Virus record (IMG/VR): IMGVR_UViG_3300020041_000028
Span: 1-6,036 of that record
Reading direction: 5' to 3' (one strand)
Length of the DNA: 6,036 nucleotides
DNA from: a virus
The translations under genes were made by a program, and so were the position numbers. The notes beneath the pieces were generated by a model. It did no database searches, had not been told where the DNA came from, and was given only the letters and a program-made list of their open reading frames with translations. Each line of letters opens with the position of its first letter. Within the stretch, counting starts at the first letter, position 1. Positions 1 to 5,497 of this stretch are shown piece by piece.

Positions 1-121
1 CGAGCCGTTAAGAGCGCGGCGAGTAAGTGTTTCCGGAGCCGATGATATCGCGGACGCGAGATCGAGGCCCTGAAACAGCGCAGCCCGCTTAGGCTCGTGT
101 TGCATAAAATATTTTTTAGCC
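1..121. repeat. Terminal redundancy, copy 1. Identical to 5916-6036, the overlap of a circular contig.
   Basis: Read base by base: 'cgagccgttaagagcgcggcgagtaagtg...gcataaaatattttttagcc' occurs at both ends in direct orientation with no mismatches over 121 nt. Confidence 0.95.
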
Positions 122-322
122 ATGGATTATTTTGATTTTAGACCTAGGTTCTCACCGATTGTTGATTGCATTCCCTACCGTTTTTCCGTTGGTGCATATC
201 GTGGCAAAAGACGCGTTGTTATTGCCTGGTTTTCCGATGAGCAGCCCGCAAGCGACTATCTCATCCGCTGCCGTCGTGATCATCCTCGTGTTAAGTTTGA
301 TTGTCTACAAAGCCTGTTGTAA
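122..322 (+). CDS. Hypothetical 66-aa protein, mildly basic, translationally coupled to Rep
   Basis: ATG start. Its TAA stop (320-322) shares one base with the Rep ATG (322-324), giving TAATG. Third codon positions are T-rich (gat, ttt, cgt, gtt), like the confident genes. I recognise no family. Confidence 0.5.
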   Translation: MDYFDFRPRFSPIVDCIPYRFSVGAYRGKRRVVIAWFSDEQPASDYLIRCRRDHPRVKFDCLQSLL

Positions 323-1392
323 TGCCTTGTTCGTCGCCTATATGGATACGCAATCGTCGTTATTTCGACAAGAAGAATCCCTGTCGCAATGGTTCTGATG
401 TCGCTAAGTCTGCCCTGGCTCTCCGTCCCTGGGACGTTGCTCGCCAGTGGCTTATGGTTCCTTGTGGAAAGTGCGAAGATTGCCTGCGTCGTCAGCGTAA
501 CGATTGGTTCGTCAGGCTCGAGCGTGAACTTGCTCGTTGTAAGGCTGATAGCCAGCAGGCTATTTTTATTACAATAACGATTGCCCCGAAGTATTACAAC
601 GAAGCCTTGCTTGATCCGTCTTGGTTTATTCGAAAATTCAATGAACGCCTACGTCACAAGCTCGGTCATTCGTTTAAACATGCTTTTTTCCAAGAGTTTG
701 GCACTCATCCAGAAACAGGAAACGAGCCTCGATTGCATTTTCACGGTTTTTTATTTGGCACAAACGTTCTTTATAACACAATTCGCTCTGCTGTTCGAGA
801 CCTCGGTTTCGTGTGGCTAGCGAAGGCGACTCACAAGCGCGCTCGTTACTGCGTTAAGTATGTTACTAAGCAAATTGAATTTAACCCCGATGAAATTTCG
901 GATAAATATGTTACTGTAGATGGAAACCTTACGCCTTTATCTTGCCTCCTCCAACATCGCCGTTATACGCGAAAATTCGTGTCTGCTGGCGTTGGTGATT
1001 TTCTTGGTTATATGCCTCGCCCTTCTTCTCGTGTTTCGTCGTGGTCTTATTTCGATTTTGAGAAGCGCGTCAATTATAACTACTCGATTCCTAGGTATTA
1101 CCTTAGATACCTTAAACCGGAAGACGACGTTATTCGCTCGATTACCGCTGCTGATGCTTATTCACGTTTTAGCAAGTCTTCTCTGGTTAAGCGTATTGTG
1201 TCTCTGTGTGTTGAGCGGTTCAATCTCGATTCCTCCGTATCCCGTAGAGCGTCTTATACATGGGAGCAAAAGCAAATAATGCGCTTTTCTACCTCCTCTC
1301 GTAAAATGCCCGATTTTGATCCCCCAACGTGGCTGGATTTGGATATTCTTCAGTTTTGGAGAGACCACTATAAACTTCAATTAAACACTTAA
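322..1392 (+). CDS. Microviridae rolling-circle replication initiation protein (VP4 / phiX174 A-like HUH endonuclease), 356 aa from the ATG at 322
   Basis: N-terminus MPCSSPI and a CGKCEDC cysteine cluster. RCR motif 1 'FITITI' (565-582), HUH motif 'HFH' in LHFHGFLFG (736-744), and double-tyrosine motif 'YCVKYVTK' (from 847), comparable to phiX174 A 'YVAKYVNK'. The ORF track starts at a TTG at 301; the in-frame ATG at 322 is preferred. Confidence 0.93.
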   Translation: MPCSSPIWIRNRRYFDKKNPCRNGSDVAKSALALRPWDVARQWLMVPCGKCEDCLRRQRNDWFVRLERELARCKADSQQAIFITITIAPKYYNEALLDPSWFIRKFNERLRHKLGHSFKHAFFQEFGTHPETGNEPRLHFHGFLFGTNVLYNTIRSAVRDLGFVWLAKATHKRARYCVKYVTKQIEFNPDEISDKYVTVDGNLTPLSCLLQHRRYTRKFVSAGVGDFLGYMPRPSSRVSSWSYFDFEKRVNYNYSIPRYYLRYLKPEDDVIRSITAADAYSRFSKSSLVKRIVSLCVERFNLDSSVSRRASYTWEQKQIMRFSTSSRKMPDFDPPTWLDLDILQFWRDHYKLQLNT

Positions 1393-1395
1393 TTT

Positions 1396-3186
1396 ATGGG
1401 AAAACAACCTTTTATTTCGCATGCCGTAAATGGCTATTCTCGATACGATGTTCCCGAGAGTAAGGCGTTTACGTGTACACCGGGTATTTTGTATCCGGTG
1501 CGGGTCGATTTTATCAACGCTCGCGATCGCGTATCTATTGAGCAAGGTATCGACGTTCGTAGTAATCCGCTCGCCGTTCCGACGTTCAATCCCTACACTA
1601 TTCGTTTGCATCGTTTTTGGGTGCCTCTTCAGCTGTACCACCCTGAGATGAGAACGAATAGTAGTAAGTTCGATATGAATAGTTTGAGCTTGAATTTCGT
1701 TGCCGCTTCGTCAACCGGCTCTTACGAATTCACCTACAACAACTACCCCTATTCCAATTCGTTGCTTCGCTGGTTACGCATTATTCCCGCTTCTATTCCG
1801 TCGACAACCTCTTCTAACACTCCCATGTCGGCGAACCTTTCGGCTGCTCAACTAGAATATCCCTTAGGCTGGTGTACCGCCGATTCCTATCTCGCTTACT
1901 GGGATATTGTTCGCAATTACTATGGCTATTCCCAGTGGGGTCTCTACTCTTTCGCTTGGCCCAGCAGCTGGTGGTTCATTCCTAATAGCACTGGTGCTGC
2001 GTATAATGTTGCTCAATTCAGCGACGTGTCGAGGTTTTTCTCGCAAAGGATCGGAAACCTCGAATTTCTCGATGCTTATTATGAGAGCCAATTTTACCCT
2101 TCAGCTGTGCCGTCGTCGAATAATACGTATAATAGAGGAAATCTTTTTTCTCAGATATTACTCTCAGACCTTGGCGCTACAATTACTGCTTCCAAGGACG
2201 GTTACCCTGTCTCTACTATTTATCCTGGAAGTACCTCGCTAACCACCGCAGGCCCCGCGAATCAGCTTGCCACCACCCCTGGTACTACAACCGTCACTAC
2301 GCTGGGAGCGTTTCTCGTTTCTCATCCGATGGCTGTTGTACCTTCAAACCCTGATCGTTATAGCCGCCTGCTCCCTATCGGTAGCTCTGAAGGTGTTTCT
2401 ATGTCTGGTGTTTCAACTATACCACAGTTGGCTATTGCTTCGCGGCTTCAAGAGTACAAGGATTTGCTTGGCGCTGGTGGTTCTCGTTATAGCGATTGGT
2501 TGGAGACCTTTTTTGCGTCAAAGATTGAGCACGTTGATAGGCCCAAGCTGCTTTTTAGCGCTTCACAGACTGTCAATGTGCAGGTGGTTATGAATCAGGC
2601 TGGCAATGGTAATTTTGAAACCACTGAAGGTTTTCCGCCCCTTGGCCAGCAGGGTGGCGCCATCGCCTTCAACGAGCGCTTGGGTCGTCGACAATCTTAT
2701 TACTTTCGCGAACCCGGTTATCTAATTGATATGCTGAGTATTCGCCCCGTCTACTACTGGGCAGGCATCTATCCTGATTACCTCCATTACACTGGTGCTG
2801 ATTATTTTAATCCGATCTATAACGATATTGGATATCAGGATGTTCCTGGGTTCCAATTTGGTTTCGGAACTACCTCGGCCTCGGAAACCGTGGCTTACGA
2901 ACCGTGCTTCAACGAGTTTCGATCCTCGTATGACGAGGTTCTTGGTCAGCTGTCTCGATTCCAAGGCACTGCTACCAGCGTACCCCTTTATTCTTATTGG
3001 GTCCAACAGCGTGTTTTGTCTGCGAGCTATAACCAGTATTACTCCCTTCTGTTTGTGGATATTGATCAGGTAAACTCCCCGTTTTCTTCTAAGACGGAAG
3101 ATAACTTTTTCGTCAACCTTTCGTATTCTGTTCAGAAGAAGAATTTGGTTAATAAAACGTTCGCGACTCGTTTGTCTAATCGTTAA
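1396..3186 (+). CDS. Microviridae major capsid protein (VP1 / F-like), 595 aa
   Basis: Largest ORF, starting 3 nt after the Rep stop. N-terminal 'PGILYPV...NPLAVPTFNPYTIRLHRFWVPLQLY' and the central block 'LQEYKDLLGAGGSRYSDWLETFF...DRPKLL' (GGSRY at 2476-2490) match capsid signatures I recall for non-phiX microviruses. 'GYLIDMLSIRPVYYW' also fits. Confidence 0.95.
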   Translation: MGKQPFISHAVNGYSRYDVPESKAFTCTPGILYPVRVDFINARDRVSIEQGIDVRSNPLAVPTFNPYTIRLHRFWVPLQLYHPEMRTNSSKFDMNSLSLNFVAASSTGSYEFTYNNYPYSNSLLRWLRIIPASIPSTTSSNTPMSANLSAAQLEYPLGWCTADSYLAYWDIVRNYYGYSQWGLYSFAWPSSWWFIPNSTGAAYNVAQFSDVSRFFSQRIGNLEFLDAYYESQFYPSAVPSSNNTYNRGNLFSQILLSDLGATITASKDGYPVSTIYPGSTSLTTAGPANQLATTPGTTTVTTLGAFLVSHPMAVVPSNPDRYSRLLPIGSSEGVSMSGVSTIPQLAIASRLQEYKDLLGAGGSRYSDWLETFFASKIEHVDRPKLLFSASQTVNVQVVMNQAGNGNFETTEGFPPLGQQGGAIAFNERLGRRQSYYFREPGYLIDMLSIRPVYYWAGIYPDYLHYTGADYFNPIYNDIGYQDVPGFQFGFGTTSASETVAYEPCFNEFRSSYDEVLGQLSRFQGTATSVPLYSYWVQQRVLSASYNQYYSLLFVDIDQVNSPFSSKTEDNFFVNLSYSVQKKNLVNKTFATRLSNR

Positions 3187-3198
3187 TATATTGATCTT

Positions 3199-3495
3199 AT
3201 GGCACTTGATTGGTTACTTGAAGACGCTCCTGCTTATGTATCCCGCGGTCGGCGAATTATGTCTGTCCTCGACGGCTCTGGTTCTGTCGATGTTTTGCCT
3301 GGTCGCCCGGACGTGGTGGCCGAACCCTCTGACTTTGAGAAAGGAGAGAGGTTTAACCCTGATATTGATTTCGACCCTAACTCCTTTTCCCGTATGGATA
3401 AGTTTGATGGTCTCGAGGTTGGTCAGGAACTCATTGATTCAGAGCTAGATAGGTCAAAGTCTGCCTCTAAACCTACTAACCCTGAAGAAAAATAG
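3199..3495 (+). CDS. Hypothetical highly acidic 98-aa protein. Its position and charge are compatible with a scaffolding-type protein, but this is unproven.
   Basis: ATG start 12 nt after the capsid stop. 22 Asp/Glu against 12 Arg/Lys by direct count. T-rich third codon positions, as in the capsid and Rep genes. I recognise no family motif. Confidence 0.65.
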   Translation: MALDWLLEDAPAYVSRGRRIMSVLDGSGSVDVLPGRPDVVAEPSDFEKGERFNPDIDFDPNSFSRMDKFDGLEVGQELIDSELDRSKSASKPTNPEEK

Positions 3496-3499
3496 TATA

Positions 3500-3512
3500 T
3501 TCTTTACTTGAA
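3500..3512 (+). repeat. 13-nt direct repeat TTCTTTACTTGAA, copy 1
   Basis: Exact match to 3610-3622. It lies in non-coding DNA just after the stop of the 3199-3495 ORF, in the loop between the short AT-rich inverted repeats 'tagtatat' (3493-3500) and 'atatatgcta' (3514-3523). Confidence 0.9.
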
Positions 3513-3517
3513 GATAT

Positions 3518-3628
3518 ATGCTACGTGCGCGGACCCCTTCCGAAAGAGTTCGTGAATTTCTGAAGGTTATTGGTAACGAGTGCGGGAGAGGCCGCGCATT
3601 TTTCTATCGTTCTTTACTTGAATTTTAA
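3518..3628 (+). CDS. Possible 36-aa basic peptide (MLRARTPSERVREFLKVIGNECGRGRAFFYRSLLEF), a candidate J/VP5-like DNA-binding protein. Speculative.
   Basis: Hand-translated ATG-to-TAA ORF, below the ORF-track length cutoff. 8 Arg/Lys against 4 Glu. The ATG lies 5 nt after repeat copy 1. Microviruses are known to encode very small basic packaging proteins. The ORF is short and overlaps a terminator-like hairpin, so confidence is low. Confidence 0.25.
   Translation: MLRARTPSERVREFLKVIGNECGRGRAFFYRSLLEF
3580..3603 (+). terminator. Candidate weak intrinsic terminator: GTGCGG / gagagg loop / CCGCGC, then A-TTTTT
   Basis: A 6-bp GC-rich stem (3580-3585 pairing with 3592-3597, one G-T/G-U pair), a 6-nt loop, and a T5 run at 3599-3603. 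It sits in the spacer upstream of the lipoprotein gene. Confidence 0.3.
3610..3622 (+). repeat. 13-nt direct repeat TTCTTTACTTGAA, copy 2
   Basis: Exact match to 3500-3512. It ends 10 nt upstream of the ATG at 3633. Confidence 0.9.
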
Positions 3629-3632
3629 TATC

Positions 3633-3824
3633 ATGTCAGACACTAAACAACCTTTCTATAAATCAAAGGCTTTTTGGACGCTTGTTTCGTCTATTATTGC
3701 CGCGTTAGCTGCCTTTTTCCTCTCTTCTTGTTCGGCTCAGGCTAAAATGCAGCGTAGTGGCGTTCACATCGACACAGTTCGTGTTGATTACATCATTCGT
3801 TCTAACAACTTAACCCACGTATAG
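3633..3824 (+). CDS. Small prelipoprotein, 63-aa precursor with a predicted 31-aa mature lipopeptide. Candidate lysis or superinfection-exclusion protein.
   Basis: The sequence begins MSDTKQPFYKSK (positively charged n-region). AFWTLVSSIIAALAAFF follows as the hydrophobic core, then the lipobox L-S-S-C with Cys33 (tgt at 3729-3731). The stop is 1 nt before the VP2 ATG. The ORF track starts at a TTG at 3570; the ATG at 3633 gives a canonical signal-peptide length. Confidence 0.65.
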   Translation: MSDTKQPFYKSKAFWTLVSSIIAALAAFFLSSCSAQAKMQRSGVHIDTVRVDYIIRSNNLTHV

Positions 3825-3825
3825 T

Positions 3826-5082
3826 ATGTCCGCTCCTGCTGCTGCCGCCGTATCCTTTGGCCAGGCCCTTGGTCAGTCGGCCGCATCTACCGGTACTACC
3901 GGTCTAATCACCGGCGCTCTTGGTCAACTTTTTGGCGGCATGAACGCTCGCCGCCAGTGGAAATTTCAGCAAAAGCAAATGGCTCTTCAGCAGAAGTACG
4001 CTTTAGAGCAAATGCAAAAACAATCCGAGTTGTCCTATGCTAATTGGCAGAAACAGTTTGATTACGAGAATGCATACAATGACCCTACGAAGGTTTTTGA
4101 TCGCTACTTGAAGGCCGGCGTAACGCCTGCTGCCGTTTTAGGTTCCTCCGGCGTTGGCGTAAACGCCACCATGTCAGGCGGTTCTGCATCTATGCCCTCT
4201 GCTTCCGGACCTTCAGGTGGTCCTCCGATCGCTCCCGGCGGTTTCACCCCTGCTGATCCTACCTCTATCGCTCAAAATATGATGGCGCAGTCTACGATTG
4301 ACCGTAATGCCGCTGCCGCTAATCGAGATGATGCAGAGGCCGCTAATCTTCGAGGTAACACTCATACGCAAGAGTGGCGAGAACGGATGGATAAATTTGA
4401 GCTGCAGATCGCCGAGCACCACGTTAAGGATGCCCGCGAGCTCGCTAATCTTCGTGAAGCGCAGGCTCAGATCGTTGCAATCGACGCTTACTTGTCCAAT
4501 ATCACACAAGGTTATAAGATGTCTTCTATTATGGCCATGGCTGGCATCCTGGATGAAAAGTACCAGAATCTCCGTAAAACTAATGATTGGTTCGAACCCG
4601 AAGCTGGCGCTGCGCTTGCAGTCGCTTGGTCCTCGGCCGTTGCCAATGTTGCCGCCGCCGCTGAGTCTGAATCCAGGACTAAGCTTAACTATCAAGAACT
4701 CAAGGATTTGCAGAATTGGTTCGAGCTCAACTGGGAGAAGGAAGTTCCTGTTCAGATTCGTAACGATAAAGGTGAGGTTGTCGAGGTGAAGACGATGAAA
4801 GTTGCTGAAACTACGTCTATCCTAAAGACTGCTGCCGCTGAGGCTGCTCAGCTTGAAGTAGGTAATACTCGTTGGGATTTGCGTAATTCCAGACTTCGTC
4901 TTGCTCATGACATTGTTCGTTCCTTCGCTACTGCTGCAGGTGCCGCCGGCGCTGCATACGCTGGTCGCAAGGCCGCAGGCCCTACCGGCCCACAAGGTTA
5001 CGAAGAAGTGAAGGAAATCTACAGCCCCTACGGTGACAAAAACGGTAGCATTTATACCCGTCGTAGTTATTCTGGGAAATAA
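3826..5082 (+). CDS. Microviridae minor capsid / DNA pilot protein (VP2 / H-like), 418 aa
   Basis: Second-largest ORF. Gly/Ala-rich hydrophobic N-terminus. Gln/Lys-rich region followed by 'NAYNDPTKVFDRYLKAGVTPAAVLG' (4081-4143), which resembles the '...AGLNP..L.G' block I recall in microvirus VP2 proteins. Long Ala/Glu-rich, probably helical centre and a Gly/Ala-rich C-terminus. Confidence 0.78.
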   Translation: MSAPAAAAVSFGQALGQSAASTGTTGLITGALGQLFGGMNARRQWKFQQKQMALQQKYALEQMQKQSELSYANWQKQFDYENAYNDPTKVFDRYLKAGVTPAAVLGSSGVGVNATMSGGSASMPSASGPSGGPPIAPGGFTPADPTSIAQNMMAQSTIDRNAAAANRDDAEAANLRGNTHTQEWRERMDKFELQIAEHHVKDARELANLREAQAQIVAIDAYLSNITQGYKMSSIMAMAGILDEKYQNLRKTNDWFEPEAGAALAVAWSSAVANVAAAAESESRTKLNYQELKDLQNWFELNWEKEVPVQIRNDKGEVVEVKTMKVAETTSILKTAAAEAAQLEVGNTRWDLRNSRLRLAHDIVRSFATAAGAAGAAYAGRKAAGPTGPQGYEEVKEIYSPYGDKNGSIYTRRSYSGK

Positions 5083-5108
5083 TGAACAATCTCTCCGACT
5101 TTTTGAAC

Positions 5109-5139
5109 TTTGTTACTCGTTCTTTTTGCCGTATATTTG
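5109..5139 (+). promoter_or_regulatory. Candidate Bacteroides-type promoter: TTTG (5109-5112), 19 nt, then TATATTTG (5132-5139)
   Basis: Matches the published Bacteroides consensus of a -33 TTTG and a -7 TAnnTTTG at about the expected spacing. It lies in the 83-nt VP2/ORF5166 intergenic region, 27 nt before the ATG at 5166. Confidence 0.3.
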
Positions 5140-5165
5140 TATCGTAAACCAATAACCATACTACC

Positions 5166-5486
5166 ATGAAAAAGTCTAGCAAAAGTGTTAGAACCAACGA
5201 GTTGATGATCGACGTTGTAGAGTACGCATTCACCGAGTGGCTCGTTCGTCGAGGAATATTTTCCGCATTTAAGGCGAATTACGAGCACGCTTTCGCGCCC
5301 TACAAGAGTTTTCGCGATCGACTGCGTTCTCATATTCGACACTCTCTTCACGGTTTCGGTTTCGGCCCAAGCCACCTCGTTTCCTCCGCGTTCCTGTTTA
5401 CTTCGACACCCGAAGGTCCTAAGTTTTGGGGCAAGCAGTCTGCCGCTTGGGAGCGTTTTTGTTCTGAATTTCAAGTAAAACTTTAA
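5166..5486 (+). CDS. Hypothetical 106-aa protein (ORFan to my eye)
   Basis: ATG start (MKKSSKS...) preceded by the promoter-like motif. The sequence looks protein-like, with amphipathic stretches and 'TPEGPKFWGKQSAAWERF'. I can name no family. Confidence 0.6.
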   Translation: MKKSSKSVRTNELMIDVVEYAFTEWLVRRGIFSAFKANYEHAFAPYKSFRDRLRSHIRHSLHGFGFGPSHLVSSAFLFTSTPEGPKFWGKQSAAWERFCSEFQVKL

Positions 5487-5497
5487 ATCACATTATT

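Noticed and set aside
1-97. Long-range pairing of 'cgagcc..taag' (1-12) with 'cttaggctcg' (88-97) in the non-coding region.
   Set aside because: It gives only 6+4 bp with a 2-nt bulge enclosing about 75 nt. This is within chance expectation and much weaker than the 5865-5896 hairpin.
97-124. A possible XerC/D dif-like site around 'gtgttgcataaaatattttttagcc', including the 10-nt palindrome AAAATATTTT at 106-115. I considered it because some Bacteroidota microviruses are thought to integrate via host Xer recombinases.
   Set aside because: Hand alignment to the E. coli dif consensus matches only about 7 of 11 positions in the XerC arm, and the usually better-conserved XerD arm (TTATGTTAAAT) is poor. 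I do not know the Bacteroidota dif consensus well enough to claim a match.
301-321. TTG-initiated N-terminal extensions proposed by the ORF track: Rep from 301 and the lipoprotein ORF from 3570.
   Set aside because: In-frame ATGs at 322 and 3633 give the canonical Rep N-terminus (MPCSSPI), the TAATG coupling, and a normal-length lipoprotein signal peptide. The extensions add nothing recognisable.
132-398. An 88-aa hydrophobic ORF (TTG start) overlapping ORF 122 and the Rep start.
   Set aside because: It has a non-ATG start and is a shifted frame of two better-supported ORFs. Its composition is driven by the frame shift.
389-4789. Alternative-frame + strand ORFs inside Rep, the capsid gene and VP2: 389-577, 581-820, 920-1279, 1430-1651, 1907-2242, 2267-2593, 2795-3073 and 4298-4789. 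Many are hydrophobic.
   Set aside because: They are nested in confidently assigned genes. I checked only 4298-4789 (TTG start, ATG at 4307); the starts of the other nested ORFs were not examined. Their hydrophobicity follows from T-rich second positions in shifted frames of a T-rich genome. I see no independent support for them.
4982-5233. An 83-aa minus-strand ORF across the VP2/ORF5166 junction with a hydrophobic N-terminus.
   Set aside because: It has a GTG start, overlaps two + strand genes and the promoter-like spacer, and has no supporting signals.
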